A DNA stretch of 64,000 bases from NCBI GenBank assembly GCA_018239815.1, contig JAFEGP010000019.1, positions 36,096-100,095 on the forward strand. Reading direction: 5' to 3'. The first letter of the stretch is position 1, and each line of letters opens with the position of its first letter. Shown here in pieces: positions 15,350 through 25,364 of this stretch. This DNA comes from Verrucomicrobiota bacterium (GTDB lineage Bacteria > Chlamydiota > Chlamydiia > Chlamydiales > JAAKFR01). The notes under the pieces are model-generated. The model ran no database searches. It was not told the origin of the DNA and saw only the letters and a program-made list of their open reading frames with translations. A program made the translations under genes and the position numbers.

Positions 15350-17688
15350 GCGCGTAAATGACGTTTTTGTCCTCTTGCTTTATCCCAGGCCAAAATCAAT
15401 AAACGATTCATGAGCTCAGAAGTTGGCATCCCATCTCTTTTCCATATTTTTGGGAAGTTACTCAAAGCAGTCATACCTGGAATAGGATTTAATTCAAAAA
15501 ACCACCATCTATGTTGTGCATCTAACAAGAAATCAACACGAGACATGCCATTACAACCGATGGCTTTATAGACATTAAAAGCAGCTTTTTTTCCTTCTTC
15601 TAACACATCTGAAGGAAAAGAAGTCTCCACAGTCATAGGCACAGATTTACTACTATATTTCATGGCATAATCAACAAATGCACCTTGTGCTAATTTTTCC
15701 GCTGGTCGTGGGATATGGATGACAAAACCATTGTGATTGCCCATCACTGCAAATTCTATTTCTCGGGCTGCTACAACTCCCTCTTCTATTAACAACTCTG
15801 TATCAAATCGGAAGGCATGATCAATAGCTATCTCAAGTTGCTCAGGTTCTTCAACTCTTGTAATCCCAACACTAGAACCCAGGTGAAGAGGCTTCACAAA
15901 AACAGGAAGTTTTAATGTTTTAGCTTGTTCAAGCCACGCCCGCCTCTGCTGCTGCCATTCTCTATGTGTAAAACTAATAGCTTCTGGAGTCAAGACTCCA
16001 CAAGAACGGGCTAAAAGCTTGCTTTGCATTTTATTCATTGAAATAGCAGCTGAAGTTACATCCGAACCCACATATGGCTTGGATAGCATTTCAAAAAGCC
16101 CTTGAATGGTCCCATCTTCACCATAAGGGCCATGTAAAATAGGGAAAAAAATATCACACTCTTTTAAACGTTCTGTAACTTTTGAATCCAACAGATCATA
16201 CGTGGGTTGTTCTGGCTCACTTCCCCACTTCCCTTCTTTATCAATAAAAAAAGGTTCTACATCATAAATATTTGAATCTAAAGACTCTCTTACAAATTTA
16301 GCAGAACGTATGGAGACTTCATGTTCGCAGGATTTACCCCCAAAACACAGTCCGATACGATATTTACGATGTGGATGTAAACATTCATGTACTGTTGTAA
16401 CATCCCCTGCTCCCAAGCTAATAAACACATCATGAGGTCTTAAAAATTCATTGAGTTGAACCCAATCCTGACGGGATAAATAGCGACAAGGAACTAAGGT
16501 TTTTTCTTGGATTGCTGCCACAAGTGTTTGTGAGCTGACCCCATCTATAGGTTCTTCAGAAGCAGCATAAAGATCTGTAATTAACAACTCATCAGCAGCT
16601 TCAAAAGAAGTTATAAACTCATTAAAAAGAGTTTGAGTACGCGAGTAACGATGAGGTTGAAAAAGAACAACTAAACGTCGTTCCTGAATCACTTCTTTCA
16701 GCCCTTCTAATGTTGTTTTAATCTCTGTAGGATGATGCGCATAGTCATCTAACATCAAAACACTATGCTGTTCCGCTCTTTTATGCATTCTGCGAGCAAC
16801 ACCGGGGAAAGTAGCCATAGCCTCTGCAATCACTGTTTCGGAAATGCCAAGATGCTGAGCTAGGGCAAATACAGCTGCAGCATTGCATGCATTATGCTTA
16901 CCTATTAGATTCACAGTCCATGTGTGATGTTTCCCATGTAAATCTTTTAAGATAATTTCCTGGGCAAAACCCCGAGTTTCGGCACTTAAAATCCTAATCT
17001 GACATGCTGAACTAAATCCATAGCTAATACCTAGCCCATACTGGCTTAAAACAGGATCATCTGCACAATAAAACAACTGTTTGCGCACTTTTTTACAAAA
17101 CCTATGACAAGCTGATTTTAAATTTTCAAAAGAATGGCTGTAATTTTCTAAGTGTTCAGGTTCTAAATTTGTAACAATAGCATAATCAGGATTGTAAACT
17201 TCAAATGTCCCGTCACTTTCATCTGCTTCATAAACAAAATGTTTCCCGTGACCAAAGTGTCCATTTTGACCTTCTAAAAGCCCACCTAAAGCATAACTGG
17301 GGTCATAACCAGCATGCCTCAGAACATGTGTGAGTAAAGATGATGTTGTGGTCTTCCCATGAGAGCCTGTAATAGCTAAATTGGTATACCCATCCATTAA
17401 TGAAGCTAACAGCTCAGATCTATGTAAAATAGGACATTTTAAAGCTACAGCTGCACAGTATTCGGGATGAGTGGGACGTATCGCAGAACTATATACAACG
17501 GTATGATCTTCCTCTACATATTGCGCAGCATGTCCTTGATTAATCCGTGCGCCGTTTTTTTGTAGATTTTTCACCTGTGCATTATGTGATAAATCACTAC
17601 CACTGACTGCAAGCTGTTTTTCTAAGAGCATGTTTGCCAAAGCGCTCATGCCGATGCCACCAATGCCAATAAAATGATACTTTTTCAT
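15337..17688 (-). CDS. murC/ddl: Bifunctional UDP-N-acetylmuramate--L-alanine ligase / D-alanine--D-alanine ligase (MurC-Ddl fusion)
   Basis: 783 aa. The N-terminal half is MurC (FIGIGGIGMSALA, GSHGKTTTSS). The C-terminal half is Ddl with an ATP-grasp fold (LHGPYGEDGTIQG, VFVKPLHLGSSVGI, RVDFLL...ELNPIPG). This fusion is a hallmark of Chlamydiae. Confidence 0.95.
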   Translation of the reverse strand: MKKYHFIGIGGIGMSALANMLLEKQLAVSGSDLSHNAQVKNLQKNGARINQGHAAQYVEEDHTVVYSSAIRPTHPEYCAAVALKCPILHRSELLASLMDGYTNLAITGSHGKTTTSSLLTHVLRHAGYDPSYALGGLLEGQNGHFGHGKHFVYEADESDGTFEVYNPDYAIVTNLEPEHLENYSHSFENLKSACHRFCKKVRKQLFYCADDPVLSQYGLGISYGFSSACQIRILSAETRGFAQEIILKDLHGKHHTWTVNLIGKHNACNAAAVFALAQHLGISETVIAEAMATFPGVARRMHKRAEQHSVLMLDDYAHHPTEIKTTLEGLKEVIQERRLVVLFQPHRYSRTQTLFNEFITSFEAADELLITDLYAASEEPIDGVSSQTLVAAIQEKTLVPCRYLSRQDWVQLNEFLRPHDVFISLGAGDVTTVHECLHPHRKYRIGLCFGGKSCEHEVSIRSAKFVRESLDSNIYDVEPFFIDKEGKWGSEPEQPTYDLLDSKVTERLKECDIFFPILHGPYGEDGTIQGLFEMLSKPYVGSDVTSAAISMNKMQSKLLARSCGVLTPEAISFTHREWQQQRRAWLEQAKTLKLPVFVKPLHLGSSVGITRVEEPEQLEIAIDHAFRFDTELLIEEGVVAAREIEFAVMGNHNGFVIHIPRPAEKLAQGAFVDYAMKYSSKSVPMTVETSFPSDVLEEGKKAAFNVYKAIGCNGMSRVDFLLDAQHRWWFFELNPIPGMTALSNFPKIWKRDGMPTSELMNRLLILAWDKARGQKRHLRACLM

Positions 17689-18728
17689 AGCTGTTTTAAA
17701 ATAATGTTTTCAAAATTTTCGATCTTTTGCTTTTGACAATAATGTTTTAAATTATTTCGACAATTTTTTAGATCAAGTTCCAACAGTGCCAGAAGCAAGC
17801 TTTTGTCATCAAGATCCTGTTGCAAAAGGATTTTGCCCCCTTGCGCTTCTAAAGTAAAATGCTGAGCATTATGTAACTGATGATGATGCGCATAAGGATA
17901 AGGAATTAAAATAGCCGGTACATGATAAGAAATCAGCTCACAAACTGTTGAAGCACCTGCTCGACAAATGGCAACATCGGCAATTTGAAGAGCCAAATCC
18001 ATCCTATGCTCAAACTGTTTAACGCAAGCAGTGATGCCATGTTCTTGGTACACACCCTTTATTTGCTGAGGATTGCCGTGCTTTCCAATAAAGTGTAACA
18101 CACGATAGTTTTGAAGTTGCTTTGCCACATTGAGAACTGTTTCATTGATAGCTTGAGCACCTTGAGAACCTCCATAAACGAGCAAAACAGGAGCCCCCGG
18201 TTGCCAGCCATAGTATGACCATGGATCCTGTTCCACTTGAGAACGACATGGCATATGCACAAGCTGGGAAGCTCCTTTAAACTGCTGAGCAGTGGCTGAA
18301 AAAGTTAAAGCTGTAAGTTGTGCATAAGGAGAAAAAAAACGATTTACACGCCCTGGAACAAGATTTTGCTCATGCAACATGAAAGGAAGACGACGAATAA
18401 GCGAAGCCATTAAAATAGGGACTGTATGAAAACTACCAAAACCTATAACAAGGTCTGGAGCAAAACGTTTCAGAATACGCAGTGCAGAACAAGTTCCCTG
18501 ACAAATAGATACTCCCCCTCTGAGCACTTGCCATGGCTGAGATAATGAAAATGTTGCAGTCGCAATTTCTTCATAAGCATAGAGTTGCTTATCAAAAAAT
18601 TGATTGGTTCCCAAACCACTCGCTACAAACAACACTTCAGCATACGGTTGCAGTGCTTGTGCCAATGCCTGCGCAGGGAACAAATGTCCTCCTGTTCCTC
18701 CTGCACTAAGAATGATTCGTTTGCGCAT
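17685..18728 (-). CDS. murG: Undecaprenyldiphospho-muramoylpentapeptide beta-N-acetylglucosaminyltransferase
   Basis: SAGGTGGHLFPA and YGGSQGA motifs. ATG at 18728 (MRKRIIL) follows GGAG. The track start at 18746 is an upstream GTG. Confidence 0.9.
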   Translation of the reverse strand: MRKRIILSAGGTGGHLFPAQALAQALQPYAEVLFVASGLGTNQFFDKQLYAYEEIATATFSLSQPWQVLRGGVSICQGTCSALRILKRFAPDLVIGFGSFHTVPILMASLIRRLPFMLHEQNLVPGRVNRFFSPYAQLTALTFSATAQQFKGASQLVHMPCRSQVEQDPWSYYGWQPGAPVLLVYGGSQGAQAINETVLNVAKQLQNYRVLHFIGKHGNPQQIKGVYQEHGITACVKQFEHRMDLALQIADVAICRAGASTVCELISYHVPAILIPYPYAHHHQLHNAQHFTLEAQGGKILLQQDLDDKSLLLALLELDLKNCRNNLKHYCQKQKIENFENIILKQL

Positions 18729-19809
18729 CAGCTTTTCTCCCAACACCCAATAACATTGTCAGAGCCAAAATATTTGTAACAAGAGACGTCCCTCCTTGAC
18801 TAAAAAAAGGAAGATTCACCCCTTTGCTTGGCAATAATCCTGACACAACACCCAAATTCAGAAAAGCCTGTAATGCAATCAAAAAAGTAATACAAACAGC
18901 TAAATAACAACCTTCCGCATTCGAACAACGCAGAGCAATTGCAAATCCTGCATAAGTAAAGGTCATATATAAAATAATAAGAGCTAACATGCCTAAAAAC
19001 CCAAATTCTTCTGCAAAAATTGCTGCAATATAGTCATTTTGTGCCTCAGGCAGATAAGTTAATTTTTGCAAACTCCCTCCAGGACCTCTCCCTGTTAATC
19101 CTCCAGATCCTGCAGCAATCTTAGCCTGATACGCCTGATGCCCTTTCCCTTTAAGATCCGATTCAGGATGCAGATACACATTTAATCGACCTCTTACATA
19201 AGGCAATTGATACGCAACTGTACCTGCCACAAGAAGCAACCCAAGTGCTGGGAATGCCCAATAACGTAAAGGGATTTTGGCTATAAAAAATATAGGAAGT
19301 AAAGAAGCTCCAATAATTGCAGTAGCACCATTATCCGGCTCTTTCATCACAAGGATAAGAGGTATGGACAAAAAGGCCATCATTTTTACAAAGCGCTTGA
19401 ATGTCATGGGAGTATCCATCTGTTTTTGACGTAATACCCAATCTATAAACGTCATGGGAACAAGAAACTTAATCAATTCTGAGGGTTGAAATGTAAAATG
19501 ACCGATGCCTATCCAACGATGTGAACCATTACGAGAAAGCCCTATTTTAGGAACAAAAACGAGCAATAAAAATACAATCCCTACCACAAGAAGATAGGGA
19601 CTAAATCTTAGCAGATGTTCATAGCCAATACGGGAAAGCAAAAACGCTAAAATAAGGCCTACACAGGCATAGGCACCTTGTCTAATCAGCGCATAGTGTA
19701 AGCTACTATTCAAGCAACGATCTAAGATATCCGCTGATGATGTGTTAAAAACCATCAGAAGCCCTAGAGAAAAAATCACCAACACCGTTAGGAACAAGAT
19801 CAAGCGCAC
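18706..19809 (-). CDS. ftsW: SEDS-family peptidoglycan glycosyltransferase FtsW/RodA
   Basis: 367 aa, polytopic. FQPSELIKF, PEAQNDYIAAIFAEEFGF and LPSKGVNLPFFSQGGTS are characteristic SEDS blocks. Confidence 0.85.
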   Translation of the reverse strand: MRLILFLTVLVIFSLGLLMVFNTSSADILDRCLNSSLHYALIRQGAYACVGLILAFLLSRIGYEHLLRFSPYLLVVGIVFLLLVFVPKIGLSRNGSHRWIGIGHFTFQPSELIKFLVPMTFIDWVLRQKQMDTPMTFKRFVKMMAFLSIPLILVMKEPDNGATAIIGASLLPIFFIAKIPLRYWAFPALGLLLVAGTVAYQLPYVRGRLNVYLHPESDLKGKGHQAYQAKIAAGSGGLTGRGPGGSLQKLTYLPEAQNDYIAAIFAEEFGFLGMLALIILYMTFTYAGFAIALRCSNAEGCYLAVCITFLIALQAFLNLGVVSGLLPSKGVNLPFFSQGGTSLVTNILALTMLLGVGRKADAQTNHS

Positions 19810-19826
19810 ATTTTACCTAATCTTGT

Positions 19827-20549
19827 CTAACGTATTTTTAAGCGATCACCTGGACGTAAACGTCGTGCCGATTGTTCATCCAATCCATTAATTTTCAAAA
19901 GCTCTTCAAGTTTAACATGGTTTTTAGAGGCAATTAACCAAGGATTATCCCCTTCTTTCACAACATAATATTCTGTTGCAGTAGAAGTTTCTGTTTTTAC
20001 TACTTGAGCAGGATTTGTAACATGAACTGCAGAAGATGATGCAGGAACTCTTAAAACCTGTCCTATTTTTAAATCTGTGGATGTTAATTGATTCTCTCTC
20101 ATGATGGTTGCAACAGAGGTTTGGTGCGCCCTAGCAATTTTATCTAAAACATCACCCTTTTTTACTGTTACAGAGACATAAGAGGAAGGTGTATTTTGAG
20201 CAATCTTTTCACTGACAGAAGGTTTAGCAACTGGAGTAGGTTTCTCTAAAATGACAACAGGGGTTGATTCAGGTAAGACAATCGGTTCTGTGACTGTGAC
20301 AGCTGTCATAGGCGCCAAAGTAGGAACAGTCGGCTGCTGCACAACCAACTCAGGCAAAGTAGATGGGACAAGTTGCGCAAGAGGTTCAATAACGTTCGAC
20401 GTATTGGCTCTATTTGTAGATTCAATGGCATTTAAAACGGTCATTTTCTCTTTTTTATGATCTGATCTAAGTGCTGTCGCAAATAGGACCATTAAAAGCC
20501 CCGCATTTACAAGCACTGCGATGATAATAGTATCTCGTCGACTCATCAC
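19827..20549 (-). CDS. Membrane-anchored protein with two LysM peptidoglycan-binding domains
   Basis: 240 aa. N-terminal TM, a Pro/Thr/Val-rich linker, then LysM1 (VTVKKGDVLDKIARAHQTSVATIMRENQL...IGQVLRVP) and LysM2 (YVVKEGDNPWLIASKNHVKLEELLKINGL...PGDRLKI). No M23/LytM motif is visible. Confidence 0.8.
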   Translation of the reverse strand: MMSRRDTIIIAVLVNAGLLMVLFATALRSDHKKEKMTVLNAIESTNRANTSNVIEPLAQLVPSTLPELVVQQPTVPTLAPMTAVTVTEPIVLPESTPVVILEKPTPVAKPSVSEKIAQNTPSSYVSVTVKKGDVLDKIARAHQTSVATIMRENQLTSTDLKIGQVLRVPASSSAVHVTNPAQVVKTETSTATEYYVVKEGDNPWLIASKNHVKLEELLKINGLDEQSARRLRPGDRLKIR

Positions 20550-20562
20550 TCCCTCCCTCTTC

Positions 20563-21753
20563 TTATCGGCTTTTGTAAGCCTCTACTAACTGCTTAAATT
20601 TTTCTCCTCGCTGTTCGAAGTTCAGAAACTGGTCATAACTGGAACATCCCGGCGATAAAAGAAGAGTTTCTCCTTTTTGCGCTTCGTTCATAGCTCTTTC
20701 CACTGCCTCTTCTAACGTTGCTACACGCACAAGTGAAATGTGTTCCCCCAGTTCTTCCTCCATTCTTCGTGCTGCCTGACCTACTGCATATAACTTTCTA
20801 ACTTTGCTTTTAAATGTAGCTAGCCAGTCACTATATGCTCCCCCCTTGTCAACTCCTCCAGCAATCAGCAATACGGGAGTTGACATGGTTGCAACTGCCT
20901 TTAATGTGGCATCCACACTTGTTGATTTACTGTCATTAATCACGTTCACTCCCTGAATCTGACAGACAAATTCCAAGCGATGAGGCGGCTTTTTAACTTG
21001 CACTATCTGCTCGGCAAAACACTTAGGATCGATCGCTAATTTTTGACAAATTGCATATACTGCAGCAAAATTACGACGATCATGAGCATAAAGCCGATGC
21101 TTGTCATCTCTATACCGTGCCTGGAAAATCGTTTCAATCTTTTCCTCAAATATAGAATAATCTTTTTCTGTCAAGAACAGTCCGCCAGGTCGGATGCAAT
21201 CCGCTAACCGCATTTTGGCAGCCTCGTATTTCTCCATGGTTCCATGCACATCTAGATGATTCGGTGTAAGATTAAGAAGGCATCCTACTTCAAACCATGG
21301 ACCTTGTTGTATTGTCTCTAATTGAAAAGAACTTAATTCAATGACTAAAATAGGCTCCGGCGCATCCAAGACATCAATTAAAGGTACGCCAATGTTTCCT
21401 ACACATCGCGCCTGTGAACCTAAAACCTGCCCAAGTGCGGTCACAGTTGTTGTTTTGCCATTAGACCCTGTAATACCAATTAAAGTTTTGTGCTTTAAAA
21501 AAGGCAAAGCCAAATCTATTTCTGAACAAATAGGGATTTCTTGCCTAAGCGCTTCCAAAATCCAGGGATGATCCATCCTAATTCCAGGCGATTTGATCAC
21601 AGTGGAAACACCCGCTAGGCAAGGAGTCTGTTGATCGCTTATCACGCCAGGTTCTTGATTAGAACGGTCGACACATTTGTAAGGAAGATGCCGCTGCTGT
21701 AAAAAACGACAAGCCGATTTACCGCTTTTACCTAGGCCTAAAATCAAATACAT
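20563..21753 (-). CDS. murD: UDP-N-acetylmuramoylalanine--D-glutamate ligase
   Basis: 396 aa. GITGSNGKTTT P-loop, the Mur ligase central and C-terminal layout, and its position between mraY and ftsW. Confidence 0.85.
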   Translation of the reverse strand: MYLILGLGKSGKSACRFLQQRHLPYKCVDRSNQEPGVISDQQTPCLAGVSTVIKSPGIRMDHPWILEALRQEIPICSEIDLALPFLKHKTLIGITGSNGKTTTVTALGQVLGSQARCVGNIGVPLIDVLDAPEPILVIELSSFQLETIQQGPWFEVGCLLNLTPNHLDVHGTMEKYEAAKMRLADCIRPGGLFLTEKDYSIFEEKIETIFQARYRDDKHRLYAHDRRNFAAVYAICQKLAIDPKCFAEQIVQVKKPPHRLEFVCQIQGVNVINDSKSTSVDATLKAVATMSTPVLLIAGGVDKGGAYSDWLATFKSKVRKLYAVGQAARRMEEELGEHISLVRVATLEEAVERAMNEAQKGETLLLSPGCSSYDQFLNFEQRGEKFKQLVEAYKSR

Positions 21754-21757
21754 ATAA

Positions 21758-22930
21758 CTACTGAAACTTTAACGTAATAAGTCCTAAGGCAGCTAACAAA
21801 AGCCCCACAATCCAAAACCTGGCAACAACTTTTGTCTCAGGCCATCCCTTGTATTCAAAATGATGATGCAAAGGAGCACATAAAAACACCCTTTTACGGT
21901 TACATAGCTTAAAACATCCCACCTGTATCATGACAGATAAAGCCTCCAAAACAAAGACTCCTCCTATCAAAGCAAGTAAACATTCTCTGCGAAGTAAAAC
22001 AGCGCTGACACCTAAAATAGCCCCCAATGTTAAGGAACCAGTATCACCCATAAAAACTTGAGCAGGATAACTGTTGTACCATAAAAATCCTAAACAAGCT
22101 CCTGCAACAGCCGCAAGATAAATAGCTATTTCCCCGCTCCCTTCTATATATAAAATATTCAAGTAGTTAGCGACATCAAAATTATTGGACACAAAGGCAA
22201 TCAGGGAAAAGGCGCTGGCTGCAAAAAGCACTGTTCCTGTTGAAAGACCATCTAAACCATCGGTCAAATTTACAGCATTAGAGCACCCCGCAATCACTAA
22301 CATAGAAAATAAAACACTTAATAAAATGGGCAAATGACAGACAGGCTTTTTGCAAAACGGGATATAAAGGCGCGTGGCATAATCTTTAGTTTTTACAACC
22401 TTATCAGCGTGAATTTCTTTAGCCTGAGGAGCAGTGGGCCAGGCTGGTTGATGAAGCGGAGGGACTGCAAGATACAAACCAATACCGGCTGCTAAAAGGC
22501 ATTGTATGACAAGTTTTTTGCGACCCGCTAACCCCTTAGAATTTTTATACCGTAACTTCAGATAGTCGTCATATGCCCCTACAAACCCTATCACAAGGGT
22601 TGTGATAAACATCATGACTGTAAAACTATGAGTAGGATCCATCCACAATAACAAAGAAACAACAAGAGCAAATAAAAGCAGGACACCCCCCATTGTAGGA
22701 GTATTGTTTTTATCTCGATGTAATTCACCTAGCAAAGGACAGTCCTCAGCACGAACACGATCGCCCACTTTGAGTTCATAAAGCTTTTTAATAAAAGGCT
22801 TGCCACACATAATTGTCACAAGCAAAGCAGTAATAAAAGCTAGAACCATACGTGTGGAATAGTACTCAAAAACACCTAGAAATCCCCAATGGTAAGTATG
22901 ATTCAGATAGGTTAGAAGTTGCACAAACAT
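21758..22930 (-). CDS. mraY: Phospho-N-acetylmuramoyl-pentapeptide transferase
   Basis: 390 aa, polytopic. TPTMGG, NAVNLTDGLDGL, FMGDTGSL and APLHHHFE motifs. Confidence 0.9.
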   Translation of the reverse strand: MFVQLLTYLNHTYHWGFLGVFEYYSTRMVLAFITALLVTIMCGKPFIKKLYELKVGDRVRAEDCPLLGELHRDKNNTPTMGGVLLLFALVVSLLLWMDPTHSFTVMMFITTLVIGFVGAYDDYLKLRYKNSKGLAGRKKLVIQCLLAAGIGLYLAVPPLHQPAWPTAPQAKEIHADKVVKTKDYATRLYIPFCKKPVCHLPILLSVLFSMLVIAGCSNAVNLTDGLDGLSTGTVLFAASAFSLIAFVSNNFDVANYLNILYIEGSGEIAIYLAAVAGACLGFLWYNSYPAQVFMGDTGSLTLGAILGVSAVLLRRECLLALIGGVFVLEALSVMIQVGCFKLCNRKRVFLCAPLHHHFEYKGWPETKVVARFWIVGLLLAALGLITLKFQ

Positions 22931-23154
22931 TGTGTCGATCCTATTAGCAGCTATTTTCTTTCTAGACTCATCTGCGAGGAAACTAACATAAAACTCGGCT
23001 AAACTTCAAGACGACATTTAAATTTTCTTGATATGCTAAAAAACAAAAAGACACCATTAAGAAAAATATCTAATTCCTAACAAATACAAACAGTTATGAG
23101 AACAGTTAAACACGAAAAAAACTTTCAGTTTCGTTCAGCCTATACTGTATTTAA

Positions 23155-24495
23155 CTAAGCTTCATCCCAAAGATTTAAAAGTTTGTCTAAAGCAAAAGCC
23201 CGTGCGCCTTTTAAAAGAACAACATCACCTTTCTGAACAAACTTGACAAGCTGATCCCCAAGATCTTTAACAGTATCAAAACGTCGACAAAGTTTAGAAG
23301 AAGTTTGCCAAATTTCTTCCATCGCTTTGCATCGATTTCCCACACAAAATAATGCATCTGCATGCTCTAATGCACATTGACCAACTTCTTGATGACCCTT
23401 CTCAGAGTACTCTCCTAAAGCATCCATTTCTGAAAGCACTGCCACAGTACGTCCTCCTTGAGGATTTGGAAGACTTTGCAAAGCTGCTCGAATGCTCTGA
23501 GGAATGGCATTGTAGGCATCGTTAATAAAGGTAATGCCTTGTTTTTCGATTTTCTCAAAACGCATAGGAGGAAGTTTTAAAAAGGCTGTCATTTCTTTTA
23601 AAACAGGCCAAGGAATTCCCAACAACCTCGCTAAACTCAAAGCCGCCAAAAAATTATGATCATGAGCCTGGACCGGCAATTGTAGATTAAAAGAATATTG
23701 AGTCTTATCTTTCTCCCGAATTGTCACACACGATCCTTCTCTATGCAAAAAAAAGTCAGCAGCAGGATCCGTACAAGAAAAGGTTATTTTTTCACAGGAA
23801 CCTATCTGAGCATGCGAAGCATAGGGCATGTCATGGTGATACAAACCGATTTTTGTCTTAAGATGTGTGAAGATCGAACTTTTTTCTTGAGCAATCCCAG
23901 CCAAGCCGTCTTCAAAACCTAAAGCATGCTGAGAGGCTACCGTTGTAATCAATGCAGTATCTGGTGGCGCAATATTAATAAGCTTAGCCAAATGCCCAGG
24001 CGCACTCATCCCCATTTCTAAAATCATGATTTCCTCATCCCCTCTTATCGACAAAATACTCATAGGAACAGTGACTTGAGAATTATAACTCAGGGGGGTA
24101 GCAAAAACGCGATACGAAGAACCTATTAATGTTTTTGCAAATTCTTTAGTAGTGGTCTTGCCCAAAGAACCTGTGATAGCGATGACGCGTATCTTCTGTT
24201 GTTCCAAGTATTTTTTAGCTAATTGCTGAAGAGTTGCAACCACATCTTCTACTCTGATTAGAACCATACCAAAGTTACTATCTTGGTATGATTGCGATAC
24301 AACAGCCGCTGAAGCTCCTCTTGCCGCAGCATCTTTAAGGTAATGATGACCATCGTGACGTGCACCTTTCAAAGCAAAAAATAAATCCCCAGGTTTTACT
24401 AAACGACTATCGATACAAGCACCGCAAACTGTGGCATCTGAATCTGTAAAAACATCTATCAATCTTAGCAAAATTTTTAGTGAAGTAGGCTGCAT
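23155..24495 (-). CDS. murF: UDP-N-acetylmuramoyl-tripeptide--D-alanyl-D-alanine ligase
   Basis: 446 aa. ITGSLGKTTTKE P-loop, DAYNA and the Mur ligase C-terminal domain. First gene of the cluster. Confidence 0.85.
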   Translation of the reverse strand: MQPTSLKILLRLIDVFTDSDATVCGACIDSRLVKPGDLFFALKGARHDGHHYLKDAAARGASAAVVSQSYQDSNFGMVLIRVEDVVATLQQLAKKYLEQQKIRVIAITGSLGKTTTKEFAKTLIGSSYRVFATPLSYNSQVTVPMSILSIRGDEEIMILEMGMSAPGHLAKLINIAPPDTALITTVASQHALGFEDGLAGIAQEKSSIFTHLKTKIGLYHHDMPYASHAQIGSCEKITFSCTDPAADFFLHREGSCVTIREKDKTQYSFNLQLPVQAHDHNFLAALSLARLLGIPWPVLKEMTAFLKLPPMRFEKIEKQGITFINDAYNAIPQSIRAALQSLPNPQGGRTVAVLSEMDALGEYSEKGHQEVGQCALEHADALFCVGNRCKAMEEIWQTSSKLCRRFDTVKDLGDQLVKFVQKGDVVLLKGARAFALDKLLNLWDEA

Positions 24496-24569
24496 AAAAT
24501 GCGAGTGTAGTCACAAACATGAATTTTTGCTAAAAAGAAAAAACAAGACCTGATAAACTGCGTTGCTTC

Positions 24570-24640
24570 GGTGGCATAGCCAAGTGGTAAGGCCGTGGCC
24601 TGCAAAGCCTCTACCCCCAGTTCGAATCTGGGTGCCACCT
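24570..24640 (+). tRNA. tRNA-Cys (anticodon GCA)
   Basis: Hand-folded cloverleaf. Acceptor GGTGGCA/TGCCACC; D-arm GCC-AAGTGGTAA-GGC; anticodon loop CTGCAAA (GCA at 24602-24604); T-arm CCCAG-TTCGAAT-CTGGG; discriminator T. CCA is not encoded. Confidence 0.9.
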
Positions 24641-24647
24641 TTTTTCC

Positions 24648-25310
24648 ATGCTTTATATCATTGCAACCCCCATTGGGAATCTAGGCGACTTTTCTCCTCG
24701 TGCTTGCGCAATTATCGCTTCTTGCGATTACCTTCTGTGCGAAGATACGCGACGTAGTGGAATATTGCTCAACCATTACAGTTTGAAATGTCCCATGAAA
24801 AGTTTTCATGCTCACAATGAGAAAAGGATGTCAGAACGTGTCATTCGTGATTTACAACAAGGACTTACAATAGGATTATTGTCAGACGCCGGAACCCCTA
24901 CTCTGTCTGATCCAGGTGCAACCTTAGTTGCCTTGTGTCATGAACACGAACTCACTGTCTCCCCTATTCCTGGCCCTTGTGCTGCCTTAACAGCACTCTG
25001 TGCTTCAGGGCTCAACCCTTCTCGCTTTCAATTCTTAGGATTTTTACCCAGAAGACCAGGAAAAGCAAAAAAACTTTTGAAAGAATCCTTGGATTATCCT
25101 GGAACGACAATTATTTATGAATCTCCCCATCGTGTTAAACATACTTTGACATGGCTTGCTGAGCTTGATCCTGAACGCTGTCTTGTCTTAGCTCGAGAAC
25201 TGACGAAAAAATTTGAAAGTTTTACTCGAGGGTCTGCGCAAGATATGGCCACTCGCTATGAGCAAGATTCGGTCTTAGGAGAATGCGTGATCCTCATTGC
25301 TGAAAAGTAA
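24648..25310 (+). CDS. rsmI: 16S rRNA (cytidine1402-2'-O)-methyltransferase
   Basis: 220 aa. LYIIATPIGNLGDFSPRA...LLCEDTR...ESPHR is the tetrapyrrole-methylase-fold RsmI signature. Confidence 0.85.
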   Translation: MLYIIATPIGNLGDFSPRACAIIASCDYLLCEDTRRSGILLNHYSLKCPMKSFHAHNEKRMSERVIRDLQQGLTIGLLSDAGTPTLSDPGATLVALCHEHELTVSPIPGPCAALTALCASGLNPSRFQFLGFLPRRPGKAKKLLKESLDYPGTTIIYESPHRVKHTLTWLAELDPERCLVLARELTKKFESFTRGSAQDMATRYEQDSVLGECVILIAEK

Positions 25311-25364
25311 GCTCTGTTGATAGACTCATCTTCTTTCACATTATTTTTTTGTAGGAGTAAAAAA

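Noticed and set aside
24563-24757. A 64-aa ORF covering the tRNA-Cys gene and the rsmI start.
   Set aside because: It overlaps a well-folding tRNA and is out of frame with the clearly homologous rsmI. It is an artefact.
25311-25364. Looked for an HrcA/CIRCE operator (TTAGCACTC-N9-GAGTGCTAA) upstream of the GroEL paralog, and also upstream of htpG (52673-52928).
   Set aside because: No CIRCE-like inverted repeat is present at either place. The only TTAGCAC strings in the window are inside coding sequence, without a matching partner half-site.
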